A stretch of 64,000 nucleotides of DNA from Eledone cirrhosa. Its lineage: Eukaryota. Of this stretch, positions 25,098-38,690 are shown piece by piece. The position numbers and the translations under genes were made by a program. The stretch spans positions 312,356,001 through 312,420,000 of the forward strand of contig OZ024740.1 in assembly GCA_964016885.1 (NCBI GenBank). Direction: 5' to 3'. Positions within the stretch are counted from its first letter, which is position 1. Each line of letters begins with the position of its first letter. The notes beneath the pieces were generated by a model, which searched no databases, was not told where the DNA came from, and saw nothing but the letters and a program-made list of their open reading frames with translations.

Positions 25098-27948
25098 ATC
25101 TCATCATCATCATCATCGTTTAACGTCCATGTTCCACGCTTGCATGGGTTTGGATGGGAGTTTTCCCACTTGAGGCAAGAGTGGTTGTCTTGCTCGCATA
25201 GGACTGTCTGGCGGGTTTTCTACAGCTGGATGCCCTTCCTAACACCAACCACATTTACAGTGTGGGACTGGGAGGTTTTTACCGTGTTGCCTACACGGCC
25301 ACATTACAGTGTGGACTGTGTGTTTTTTGTCGTGACACCTACACAATCTCATTTGTTTCGGCCTGGATGTTGTGGCACCAACATAGCTTTACATTGAAAG
25401 GGGCGGTGTGGATGGGGTGGGGGTGGTGGGACGGGGGTGTATTTGTTAGAGATGCCTACTGACTAGTAGGTTTTACTTTGTATTTAGGTAAGGCGAGTCT
25501 TCTCTGTTACTGAGTACCGCCAAAGGTCTCGGTCCAGTGACATTGTCTTGGAGAGGTGTAAGTATGTGAGGTCGGAATTTATCAGCTCGTCCCAGGTTTT
25601 TCTGGGTCTGCCTACTCCGTGGCTACCGTCTATCTTTATTGCCCTGCACTTTATTATACAGCTGTCGTCTTTCATGCGCATTACGTGACCATACCAACGT
25701 AGCCTTCTCTCGAGTAAACAACATCTGATCCCTCTTATTTCTAATTTTTCCCTTAGTTCGTTTATGCTTTGCCGTTCGCGTATATTACTATTACACATCC
25801 AGCGGAGCATGCAAGCTTCGTTCCTCTCTAGTCTGCGTATATCCTCTGTACACAATGCCCAGGTCTCACTGCCATGCAACATTGCTGTTCGTATGCAGGC
25901 ATCATATAACCTGCCTTTCATTTTTAGGGAGAACCCTTTAGCGGCTAATAGTGGTATAAGCTCTCTGAACTTTTTCTATCCAGTTCTGACTCTAGCTACT
26001 GTACTTTCGGAGCACCCTCCCCCACTGCTGATTTTGTCACCCAGGTAACGGAAGCTGTCCACTATTTCTATAGAACCCTCTGCGCAATTGAAAGAGCTAG
26101 CATTCTGTGGGCACTTGCTGCTACTTATTGCACCAGAGCACCGGCCACATGTAAAATCTGTGTTCTTAGTTAGCTTACCTGTGATCCCTCTACATCTTTT
26201 ATGCACCCATACTTTGCATTTGGGACATAAAATGGAGTTTCTACCTACGCCTTTCCTACACACTGAGCATGGCCATTTCCCGGAAGGGACCGGCGCCTTA
26301 TTTTCTTTCCTACAAACTAGAACTTTAGTCTTAGCCAGGTTAATTTTAAGGCCTTTTGATTCTAGGCCGTGCTTCCATGTTTGGAATTTCTTCTCTAGCT
26401 CGGCCATTGATTCAGCTATGAGCGTTAGATCATCTGCGTATAGGAGTTCCCATGGGCAGCCGGTTTTGAACTCCTCTGTTATAGCCTGAAGGGCAATAAT
26501 AAATAGTAGGGAGCTAAAAACAGAGCCCTGATGGACACCAACTTTTACGCTAAACTCTTCACTATATTCGTTGTTAATTCTAACCTTGCTGACTGTTTCT
26601 TTATACATGGCTTGTATAGCTCTCACAAGCCATTCGTCAACACCTAGTTTTCTAAGAGCCCACCAGATAATGGAACGGGGGACTCTGTCGAAGGCTTTCT
26701 CCAAGTCGACAAAAGCTAAGTATAGGGGTTTACTTTTGGCTAGGTACTTCTCCTGTAGTTGTCGTACAATGAAAAGAGCGTCTGTGGTACTTTTGCCTGA
26801 CACAAACCCGAACTGCATTTCATCTAGATCAATTCTCTCTCTGATTAATTGCGCTATTACTTTTTCCGTGACCTTCATGACCTGGTCGATTAATTTAATG
26901 CCTCTATAGTTACTCCTATCTAGGGCGTCTCCTTTACCCTTATAACAGTTAACGATGATGCTGCTACGCCAGTCCTTCGGAACAGCCCCATTCTGTATGA
27001 CTTGGTTTACTATCCGGGTGACCATGGTGTGTCCCACCGTTCCAGAGGCTTTCAGCATCTCAGCAACTATTTCCGAAGGCCCATTGTTATTATATCATGA
27101 CTCATACACTGTTTATTTTCCTGACATTTGTACATTATTCTATGTACTATACATGCACCTTTGATGAGTTGTAGTGCACCTGAGCACTGTACACATTAAT
27201 TTCATTATTATTATTATTATTATTACCCGTCTTCATATCTTTGATTGCCTTACTTATTATACTACCTTCGACTAACACTGCTGGTCCCTCTATTGGGTCG
27301 ATGTGGGGGAGACTGTCTTTCTCCCATTTATTCTCCTCATTTAGTAGCCTTTCGTAGTGACACTTCCAAGCTACCTTCTTATCAGCGTCAGTGATGGCAA
27401 GTACGTCATCATCGTTAAGTACACACTTCTCCCCGACAATATCATGGTTTTCCTTGACACATTGCCTAGCAATCCTGAACACCTCACGTTTTTGGTCCTC
27501 GCGTTGTAGAACATGCTTGAACTTTCTTTCCTCTGTTTCTCTTCTTGCGAAGTACACTTGTCTCCTAGCTTCCCTCCTGGCCACTTGATAGTCTTCTCTA
27601 CTTCCCCCATCCCGCCATGCTTTCCAAGTCTGCTTTTTGGCCTTGATTGACCCCTCCACCTTACTGTTCCACCACCATGTTACTCTCCTCCTGCCTACAG
27701 GCTTGCTCCAGCCACAGACTTCGTCTGCCGCCATCAGCAAGTTTGCTTTCAGGAATTCCCACTGTTCCTCTATATTGTACGACTCTAATTGCTCTTCCTT
27801 ACTGTCGAAAGCATCAAGTAATATGCTTTGAAATTTATTTCTGGCTGTGGGATCCTTTAGCTTCCATATTTTTCTCTTCTGCTGTCTAGTACGTCTCGTC
27901 CTGACTATGAGGTCGCTAATTATCAGTCTATGTTGGGAGGTGCATTCT
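25098..27948 (-). mobile_element. RTE-clade LINE, 5'-truncated (family B), RT domain disrupted
   Basis: RT motifs NYRGIKL, QFGF, FVDLEKAFD, GVHQGS and LLYADD. TGG->TAG stop at 25976-25978. Nested insertion at about 27083-27222. (GAT)n tail. Confidence 0.95.
27083..27222 (+). mobile_element. 3' tail of CR1/L2-type LINE nested in the RTE
   Basis: GATGAGTTGTAGTGCACCTGAGCACTGTACAC..(ATT)n, the same 3' end as the element at 58563-59597. Confidence 0.85.
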
Positions 27949-28315
27949 ATCTAATTGTGTGTGAGATTCATTCTCATAAGTTTCCCCCTTTTTTTCATGC
28001 TGGTATGGATTGGAAGGAATTTCTCTACCATATCAACTCATCGCTTCTTGTCGTCCCTTGTCATTCCTTTCAGTGCCTCTCTCCATATCTTCTTTTGTCC
28101 TCCTCTGCAGGCTCTTCATTGATGAACATATCTTCACCCAACTGTTCTCTCTCTCTCTCACATCCCCACCCTCTCTCGTCTCCCCTATCTCTCTCATATC
28201 ACATTTTCAATAATTTTAAAGGTTTCAGGTTCTTTGCTTGAATAAATAATATAATTTTATATATAAACAAAGTTATCTCAACTATCATTATATATATTTA
28301 GACAGGGTGGTGAAT

Positions 28316-28498
28316 TGGCAGTATCGGTAGAGGGTTGGATGCCATGCTTTGACGCATAGAGTTACGGCCCTTGCCATTCTGAGTTCAAATCCTGTCGAGG
28401 TTAACCCTGCCTTTCATCCTAACGGGGGTCGATAAAATGAAGTACCAGTAATACACTGGGATAATTGCTGGCCTTGTGCCTATTGTAGAAACAATTAT
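28316..28498 (+). mobile_element. Second SINE family copy
   Basis: Colinear with 16919-17098. Confidence 0.85.
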
Positions 28499-28962
28499 AT
28501 ATATTTAGACAATTTACTAAGTAATGGTAATATTGGAATGGTTGTTGATATGAGAAATCAGGACAAAACTGTTAAGTACCTTTGAAAGTGTAACCCATAT
28601 ACTTCTAATTATATTAGTGAAAAATATTGTTTTAAGAGATTTAAAGTTTTATTTATCTGAAATTACTTTCTGCCAGAAGTTGTGACCGACAGATGTATAT
28701 TAGCAATTAAAAAAACCAATAGAATTTTTGGTTTGATCAGAATATTGGCTGAGAAGAGAATATCTGATGAATTAATTTTTTTTTTTACTATACATATATA
28801 TCTTTTTGCTTCCAAATTTTTGCTTTAGGAAGAGTACTACTGGAAATAATGTCATGTTTTATTTTGACAATGCTAATGTTTTGCTTTTGGTAAAATATTA
28901 TGCTGTCTGCATGTTGCAGTAGTTTATTGTTGCTTTTTTCTTGTGTCTCAAAACATTTCATG

Positions 28963-29014
<52 letters not shown>

Positions 29015-29974
29015 TATAATGTTTATGATCATGTCCATTGTTTTTAAGTTGATTTACTGGTAGCTTGCTATATTTTACAGACATAGTCAATAAATCAATA
29101 TTATTTCTTCAGAAATACTTTTCACTTATGCTAAACCATACTGTCAACTTGTTCATTTTCTCACTTGAGGTTTTTTCATCAGGTCTTTTGATTCCATAAT
29201 AGTGTTCATTTACTTATCATTATTTATATTCAGTTATATTTAGTATTTTCTTTTTTGTTTTGTTTTCAACAATATTTGAAGCTAATAGAAATACTATACC
29301 TCTGTTTTACTTCACATTCACTGTTCTAATCTGATCATTGTTAGAGATATATTGGATATTTGAATTTGATATATTTCTGTTTTCATTTTTTGGCTTATTT
29401 AATAGTTCACTATTTATTTTGTTAATTCTGTGTCTGTTTCATATGTTAAATTAAAGGGTTCCCTTGATTAGTATTTAGGTTCTTTTAGCTTGTCTAGAAA
29501 TGCTATTTAATTGGTTAGCAGTTCTTCTCTGAGTGGTTTGTTGTAATGATCTTTTTGTACAATGTCTTCTGTTTTTACTGTAATTTTACTCTTTCTTCAG
29601 TATGAGGATCATGGAGTTTTGATATATTTCTACATGATCAAATTTTTAATATCTTCAATGATAATTTGCAACAACTACATTGCTTGAAATCTAAGCATGA
29701 AATCAACAGTTTTTATGAGATTTTGTCACTAATGTCTAAGTGAAAAATTGACTCTTGTTATTTGATCTTGTCTTCATGCAGAGCAACCAATACTGATTCA
29801 CAACAAAGACAACAAAATCTCCTAGTTTGATTTTTTTTTTGTTGCCATTGTTGATTTACATATAAATTAATTTATAATAGACTTTATTTTTAAAACAAAC
29901 TTACCATAAAGCAGTTTAAAATGTATGAATGTTTATTTTGTTTTCCTTTTTTTTCTTCTCTTCTTAAATTTTAG

Positions 29975-29998
29975 TATACAGCCAGATGGAAGGCTTGC
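29975..29998 (+). CDS. Candidate 24-nt cassette microexon of CREB (VYSQMEGL)
   Basis: Long polypyrimidine tract 29932-29974 ending TTTTAG, then 24 nt, then GTAAGT. Phase 1-1 and stop-free in the CREB frame. Confidence 0.6.
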
Positions 29999-30657
29999 GT
30001 AAGTATATTCTTAAAGTGGTTTGATATATTTGCATATGGCGTAAGTATATTCACCTCTCCAACTAGATGTGTCCCTCAAAAAGTGAACTTTTTAAATCTT
30101 TGAAGAATTGTGGCAACATAGTTATATCAATTCTTTGGATTTGGTCTTTGGTATTTCTCTAGATAGTGCATGAATTAGGAAAAAAGCACTTTTAGGACAT
30201 ATTTAGGTAACTCTAGATTGTTTATTTATCATCATAATTATACAAGTTGGTTAGTTTCTAATTTTGTACGAATCTGAGTTAAGGAAGACTTCTCATTTGC
30301 TCTGAAAGAGTTTTTGATACTGTAATTTTCGGTTCTATTTGTGTGAGTGATTTTGTAAGCCTTTCACAACCTCATTCGTTATCTATGTTTTATGTTGTTT
30401 TTATTTTGTCATTATTTACAGATTGGTAATTTGTTGTTGTTATTACTTCATTAAACATGTTCTTCTTCATATACTGTGGCAATGATCTGATTAAGTTGAT
30501 CTACTATAAATAATAATAGTTTCTAAAATACCTAAATATAGCTCTAATATTTGAAAATTGAAATAGTAGCTTTCACTGTATTTTTTACTACAGAAAATAC
30601 AGCAAAAGCTACTATTTCAATTTTCAAATCTCAATATAAACACATGTGCTTGTTTAT

Positions 30658-30694
<37 letters not shown>

Positions 30695-31058
30695 GCTTTT
30701 TTGACTATCTTGAGAGTGAGTATTCAATTCTATAATAGAGATTAATATTTTCTTTATTAAGGCCAAATTTTAGTTTTGTTGCTCTGGAGTTTTACCTGTG
30801 TATTCATAGGGTCATCAGACAAGACTCATTCTGGAGTGTATATAATATATATATATATATATATCATCATCATCATTTTACGTCCACTTTTTCCTGCTTG
30901 CAAGGGTGGGACGGGAACTGATTCTGGCTTGATTTCTACAGCTGGATGCTCTTCCTAACACCAACCTCATTTACAGTGAGTGCTGGGTGCTTTTTTTCCG
31001 TGGCGCGTACACGTCCACTTTACAGTGGAATGATAAGGACCCCAGTCCCTATCATCTC

Positions 31059-31117
<59 letters not shown>

Positions 31118-32157
31118 AGCGTCTATTTTCCCCATTAGCAAGGGATGGATGGGTCAGGGATCTGCATCTTGCTTGTATACATTCCCCACGCTCAACAGAT
31201 TGCACCGGTTGCATTTGATTGCGTCATAGTATTAGGGAAATTGTCAAGTCTCTAACACAGTTGAATAGTCCTTGTAGGTCTTTGTTTGGCCAGTTTTTAA
31301 AGGCTGAATGCCCTTCCTATCACCAACCATCTTACAAAATGTATTGGTGCATGTTATGTGGCTCCAGCACTGATAGGCCTTCACTACCCTATGGGGAAGA
31401 AGGAGATAGTTAGCGGAATTACAATTATTTTGTTGAAGGTATATATATTTCTCTCTATATATATTAATCAAGACTTTTAAAATGATTTACTTTTTATGGA
31501 TTGGCAAATTAAAAAATTTAAGGTTTTTTTTATTTTTATCTCAGTCTAACTATTTAGAGAATAGTTAAGATCAACTTGATAGTTAAGATCAACTGAGTTT
31601 TTAGAGAACAATCTTTCATTGTTCATTGTTGTATTCTTGATTGACCACATTTTGTTTTAATCAAAGACAATTATTGTAACTCTATTGTTTTGCATTTATT
31701 ACCTTGTGTGTGGCTGTGATAAATCACTGTTTGGATTTACTCTGTATGCTGCTTCTGTGACAAACTTACAGAGTCATTATTTCGTTCAAATTTCATGAAA
31801 AGAAAGTCTATTGCATTTCCAGCAGTGCCAAATTTTGTTTTTGATTTGCATAACATTCACCATGTTTCTGTTTATATTTTCTTTGTTTTTTTAAAAACAA
31901 ATCTATGTTATTAAAAAAAGCATGAAATATTTAGTAGCATTATTGCATGTCAACATTAAGGAACATTTTGTTAACTTTCTTTTGTTTGTAGCATTGAAAC
32001 TATCTGGTAGAGAGGATTAGTGAGATATCAAATATCATTTAACTTTATTTTAACAATTTGTAGCAGACTAAATTGTAAATGAATTTGTATCTATTGTTAA
32101 TGTAAATAAGTTTCACTTTTCTATTTTTATCAATGCATGAATATCTTGTCAAAACTT

Positions 32158-32265
32158 CACCACCACCATCACCACTGCCAGCACTACCACCACCACCACC
32201 ACCACCACCACCACCACCACCACCACCACCACCACCACCACCATCACCACCAACATCATCATCAT
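32158..32265. repeat. (CAC)n/(CAT)n trinucleotide microsatellite
   Basis: Direct observation. Confidence 0.95.
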
Positions 32266-35200
32266 TTAACATTCAGTTTCCCTGGTAGCAAAGGATTATA
32301 TTTGTTAATCAATTGGTTATAAAACTTAAATATTTTGTGATTAGTAATACATGAGAAATCTGTTCAAACAATTAGAACCCATAGCCTTATCTTGAAAAAA
32401 TCTGCCATTATTTAGTAGCCAGTGTTTAAAATTATAGCACTAGTATAATGAGCATTATTTCCTAATTATGTTCCTTTTTAAATGAAACCATTTTATCTTA
32501 ATCTCAAGGACACTATACACTTCAAATCATCATCAATATATTTTAATTGGATAATATGATTAAATTGTTTAAATTACAGCTGCTTGCATCTTTTTCAAGC
32601 ATTGCTGAATTAAGGTTCGTGTTTTGCTTTTGTCAATAGTATTTATGCCTAGGCTGCTTATTTTATGAAATCTATTACTTAAATTTTTTCCATTATAAAT
32701 TTATTTTAATTACTTGTTAAATAAGTGATCATGAAGCCAATAATAACCTTACTTATTTTGCCCTAATAACAATTAAATCACACATCTTGTTATTTTCAGT
32801 CACAAATATTTCATTCTTTATCTCTAATGTATTTCTTCTGTCCACACTACACTGTATTCCAACTTCTTTACAAAGGGTTTGTGTTTACTTAGAATCCACT
32901 CTCCGTACTACTTACCTCTTTCATCTGGACATTAGCAACAAATTTTTTAGTTGCTCTAGCTCTTCTCCATTCCTCTCAATTTTGCTGTCTTCTTGAGACC
33001 GTGTAGCTTGTAGCAGTGTTCAACATCATCATCTTCATTTAACGTCCATCTTCCACGCTAGCATGGGTTAGACGGGTGACCGTTAGAGGCAAGGTTGGTC
33101 GGGTGACCGTATCTCCCTCATATAGGACTATCTGGCAGGTTTTCTACGGCTAGATGCCCTTCCTAACACCCTCTTGCTTCTTGCACTCCTATCACATTGA
33201 TACTGTTGTCAGAAAGGCTGAGATGTATGCTATTCTGAACAGTTTGCTCCACTTTGTATTCTCTTTTACATATATACAAGACTCTTCAAACATTCTTGAG
33301 CTCTTTCTCAAATGGTCTTTATCCAGTCAACCATAACCTTTACCATAATTGGATTGTTTGATCACTGCACAATGAAAATGAACTATCCTACATTATTCTA
33401 CTGCACAGCAACCTCTGCCTTCAAATTCTCTCATACTTACAGTCACCTAAAAACTTTGACCATGGTTGGCGTAAGTATTTTCAAGCTAAGTTCCCTGCCT
33501 ACAACTACACTAGTCTTTCATACTAGATGTTTTCGATCAGTTTACTCCATTGAAGTATATACTGATAGGACTCTCTTTCTCACTCAAGTCTAGCAAACCT
33601 TTCTACCTTAAATAATGTACTACTGTTATTTCTAACTAAACATACTCCTACTCAAATAGTATCAATTTTCATTTGGCCATAACCTTCTACACATAAGATC
33701 ATCCACTATATACAACCTAGATACTGCATGCCAAACTTGTACTGCTGCCATGAACAGCTATCTCAAAAAGATCCTTTAATGAGGACATAGCAACCAAGAC
33801 TACTTCAATCACAAGATGCAATCACTAACCATAGGAAAATAGTATTATTGCATTATATGTGCATATATACAAACAATACTTAATCACATGTGCAAGATTT
33901 TGAGGGAGCCATTTTAAGATTGATTTTTATTTTAGTTTAAAGAAGAAAAAATTAATTGTAATATAGATTGCAACTTGGGTTTAATTATACATAGTTTATG
34001 ATTTCTTTTATTTTGGAATTGTAGCTATCATTCTTGTTTGAAAAAGGTTTTCAAAGCTGCACAATACAAAGAGTTTATATTTATATAAAAATCTTCCATT
34101 ATAATTCTGTGTAAGGACTTTTAAGTTACACTCCAAATACCAGCTTAATAATTATAAAGTTCCGTACATTACTAAATCTCTTGATTTTGTTCAAAATTAT
34201 TTGAAAATCATTAGCAGTATCTTTCATTAGTAACAAACTTCCATAAAGAATGTGATAACTAGTGTATGACATAATGTGTAGCTATTATACTCTTTATATA
34301 TCTTCTCTTTTACAGTACAATGCAATTTAAATAATTTTTTTTAGTTAGATTTCATTCATCATTCTAATTACCCAGCTGCAGAGTGAATATTGTTGTTGTT
34401 GTTGTTTAGCGCTAGAACAGCCCCATTTAAGAAGACTTATGGTCAACCATGACTATCCCCTCTTTTTTTAAGGCATAATGTATTTAAAATGTTACATTAA
34501 TTTTTAACTCTGTAGGGTGTAATTTGAAGTAAGTTTGGCTACTATTTCTTGTAGATTGAACCACCTTTCTTTCCTCATCATGGTTCTTGTATTTAAAACA
34601 ACTATATATTATATATGGCAAAATTTAAACATAGAGTCAAATTATAATTGTAGAATAAGTTGCTTAATAGATTCACATATATTTGTTTAATAATACTGAT
34701 AAACCTTAGGATCTATGAACATTAAACAATGTCTAAAATAGCACAATAAAGACCAGATTGCTTTATTGTTGTCATCATGCTAGTATGTAAACTCTAGCAA
34801 TTTAAAGCTATCACCACAGTTACTTTTGGTGGTCTTAGGCATTTTCAGTTAGTATGTGATTAAGACCCATTGTCTCTCCATTGCTGGCAGACAAACCCTC
34901 TTAACTTAGAAAATAGGGATTCAAGAAACCTCTTTGATGTGTCTGCTCTACCAACATTAAAAATTTAATATTTTATTCTGATTACCATTTACTATTGTCT
35001 CCTAAATAATATGTTATGAATTTTAAACACATATATTTTTAGGGATTTATTTTGTTCTTTGTTTTCCAAATAATTCTTTTATTTGGAAATCTTGATTTTC
35101 AGAAATCCCTAGTTTCTTCTCTTTCTTTCTCCCATGTTTACGATGAATTTGGTGGAATATATAGTGTTATTTAAAGTGTTCATATTTGTTTCTCCTTTTA

Positions 35201-35672
35201 TGATATGACAGAAAATTCATTGTATTTGTAAATTACATATAAACCTGCGTTATTCTGAAAACATTGTTTGTTATTTTGTTTGTCTATCTTCTTTTTTGTT
35301 ATATCATAAACTCAACATCAGCATAAATTGTTAATATTTCCATCATTTCCTGTCCATTTTCCTTGCTAGCAAGTGTTGGACATGTCATCACAGACCAGTC
35401 TGTACACAAGTAGCGCCAATAACCAGATGGACTGGGGGCTTGACATACAATCCCACACTCTACTGAGTGTATTTTATCATGTCACCCAAACTAGGAAAGT
35501 TGCCATTCTTTTGACACAGTTGAAGAGTCCTCCTAACCATTTGTTTGGCAGATTTTCTATGGCTGAATTCCCTTCCTATACCAGATGATTAACATTTATG
35601 AAAGCATAATTTTACCTCTGTAGTGACAATGAATGAAGTATTAATATATGTTTTCTTTTCATTTTATGTTAG

Positions 35673-35852
35673 CATTAGTCCCATCTGGTGCCATCCAAAT
35701 AACCACACATCCAGAAGGAACCGTGGCCGGTCAAGGTCTTCAAACGTTAACAATGACCAATGCAAATCCATCATCAGGTGCTGGTACAACATCCGGCACT
35801 GCCACTATTGTACAATATGCCCAAGGTCCTGATGGACAATTCCTAATTCCTG
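35673..35852 (+). CDS. CREB1: CREB coding exon 4 (Q2 region)
   Basis: Encodes (A)LVPSGAIQITTHPEGTVAGQGLQTLTMTNANPSSGAGTTSGTATIVQYAQGPDGQFLIP, with the CREB-typical GLQTLTMTNA and TIVQYAQ..DGQ motifs. Donor G|GTAAGT, phase 1-1. Confidence 0.95.
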
Positions 35853-36277
35853 GTAAGTAAATTCACTAAATTCCATAAGGAAAAAAAAAATGTTCAAACA
35901 TATATTGATTTTATTACTGTGATATAAAGTTAGTCATTAACTCTTTCAACCCTCTCTGCTTTATCCATTGCTTACTCACACTTGGAATTATGTTAATGTT
36001 GGTGTTTTAACACTGATTTTAGTTGCCAGGCATGCAATTACATCTAGATCCAGCTTATCAAATAGCTTCTTACAAGACAGGCATATTGCATTTTATTAGA
36101 AAATTAGTACATAACCTGTTAATTTACAAACAGAATAAGTAATATTTAATTTTTTCACCAAACTATTACATAGTGGTGTTTATGGATTATATAAATAGGT
36201 GTGTATGTATTTAGGCTTACAGTGCACACTTAACTGGTTCTGTTAGATTATTTCTTGTAACTGGTTTTAATCAATTT

Positions 36278-36690
36278 TGTCATCAACCCCACATCTATTT
36301 TCCACATTTGCATGGTTAGACAGTTGTCACATTCTGAGGCTAGACAGGCAGGTCAGATGACTGCTTTGCTTATACATTCCATTTTCATTTCTACAGCTGG
36401 ATTCCCTTCCTAATGCCAGCTACTTCTTGGTGTGTACAAGGTTTGTTTTCCTAGGTCTTCCTCCTCCACAGATTCCCCTGAGTGCCCTGCATCTCTTTAT
36501 GCAACTCTCATCATTCGTATGCATCACATGACTATACCAAAGCAGTATTCTCTCTTGTACACTACATTTGATTCCTCTTATGCTCAGTTTTGGAATCAAA
36601 AGGTCTGAAACAATATGGAATCAAAAGGCCTGAGAGTAAACTTAGCCAAAACTAAATTGCTAGTGAGTAGGATAGAAGATAGAATCCTGG
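36278..36690. mobile_element. Degenerate RTE fragment with inverted 5' piece
   Basis: 36278-36590 is an RTE 3' end on the - strand. 36590-36690 encodes MESKGLRVNLAKTKLLV on the + strand. Confidence 0.65.
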
Positions 36691-36698
36691 GAGAATCC

Positions 36699-36840
36699 TT
36701 CCAGGAGTGCATGGAATTGTGGCAGAGAAGGATGGAAAAGTATGTTAGACTTGAGGGGGATTATTTTGAAGAAGAAAACTTGTAGTTTGGATTTGAAATT
36801 ATTTTTTGTGACACCAGGCCTGTTCATTTTCTGACACAAA
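36699..36840 (+). mobile_element. Mariner-type transposase C-terminal relic
   Basis: FQECMELWQRRMEKYVRLEGDYFEEENL* resembles the mariner C-terminal W..R..KC....GDYFE motif. Confidence 0.6.
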
Positions 36841-38478
36841 CACAGATGAATATATATAGAGAGACCAGCAGGCAGAGAATTCTGAATTCTGGAATGATTG
36901 CAAATGTTTTTGAACGTTTTTGTCAGATTTTAGTGTTTTTGTGACAGACAGGCAGAAAAGGTAGTGCAGACGTTATCATATAGATTGATGCGTTTTTGTA
37001 ATTCTGAGAAATCTGAAATTTCTGTTTTCATTTGTCCTATTTAAGTATTTCTTGCAATTCCAGTAAGTATATGAAAATATAAATAAGTTTACAGTTATCA
37101 AATAAAATATCTACATCATTTTGTTTTACTTTTGTACCTGTCAGTATTCATAAATCTATCTGGGATTTAAGTAGATTTTTCATCCCATCTCATCCTAAGT
37201 ATTTTCTAATCCAAGTCTTTTTTTCTCTTTTAAATGTATATGCTGTTTTATAATTTTTAAATGTTGGGATATGTGGTCAAGATTTTTGTTTGTAAGTTAA
37301 TCTGGACAAACAGGAGCTGCCCAAAGTCACTGCAAGTCCTAATAGATTGAGAATTAGGGATAAGCTGTATGAGATTCATATTTAGTTTGAATGCAGCTTT
37401 GGAAAGAATTCCCCAAAAGATGCAACTCTGGGAAGCAAGTATTGACAAAAATGTTTAATACAAGGTTTGGATGAGGATGAGGGGTCATGAGCCATGACAG
37501 AAGTGACTGGAGGAAGAATATTGAAAGTATCAGGGATTTTGATTGAAGTGGATTACATTGAGTCTGTTGAATTAGCAGTTGATTGATAAGAAAGAGAGGG
37601 GCAGTGGCTATAGTTCATTGCTGGACCAATGGTTAGCATTTGGTGGTGTGAGAGAGGGAAAGAGACAAGGTGGCTTTAGCTCGTTGGTGTGTAAGAGTTG
37701 TAATGTAAGAGTTTGCCTATGAGTTGGATCCTTTTGTGGGTGTGATCCAAAATATGCTTGGCTGAGTTAGGTGAACTGTGTTAGATATTTAAAAAGCAAT
37801 TTAGATTATATTTGTGCCATATACTACCACCAGTCAAAGCTAAATTAGTATATTATGTTGGGGATGAAACACAGTATTGATGATGCCAGCTTGGTATATG
37901 TGATTGTATTGCATTTGAACAGAGTTTAGTTTTAGTTGGAAATTTTTATTCATTCACACAGTGAATTTATTTGAATTGATTGGTGTTCATATAGTACTGT
38001 TAAGAAATTATTAATACACCAACATAGCATTTCCTTTGCAAAACTTGATATGTTTTAACACAAATGTATAGATATTTTTAAAGATATTAATATAATTTTC
38101 TGATTGGATATATCACTGTAGATGATAGTTATGACATGTGAAAAGATATGAATATAGCTTCCATGTCTGATGTTATATTGTTAGATATCTGTTAATCATT
38201 TTGGACAGTTTTACACATAACAGAAGAAACTCTGTCAAGCAGACCTATGACCAAAGGCATTCTAGCAGTGTTCATCTACATACATACACTTGTTGGTTTG
38301 AGAAACTCTGTTGTTGCCATAGTTAGAAAAAGAAGAATTAAAAATTCTGTTCTTTAGTTTTAACTATTATGCCATCAAGAATTTCAATTCCAACACTTAT
38401 GAAACAGTAGTGGGTTATAGATTTGGTTTACCAAAAGTTAAAAAACTTAGCAAAGACAGCATTATTTCTATTATTATT

Positions 38479-38690
38479 TTAACCCTTTAGCATTTACATT
38501 ACTCAATTACATTTGTATTTTCATAGTAAATACTTTATCTCATAATTATCTCACATAATATTAAATCTATGAGATTTTGATTATTCATTTTGAGAACAAT
38601 ACATTAACATAAGTAGGAGCTGCCGGTATGAACAGAAAGAGGTGAGAGAATTCTGGTCGGATACAGCCAGTTTAAATGCTAAAGGGTTAA
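38479..38690. mobile_element. TTAA-targeting (piggyBac-type) MITE
   Basis: Same TIRs and interior as 7095-7299. Ends 79 nt upstream of CREB exon 5. Confidence 0.9.

Noticed and set aside
22740-26909. Several + strand ORFs of 90-130 aa
   Set aside because: Antisense shadows of RTE reverse-transcriptase ORFs.
32045-32322. Poly-Gly and poly-His ORFs
   Set aside because: Translation of a (CAC)n microsatellite, with no splice or homology support.
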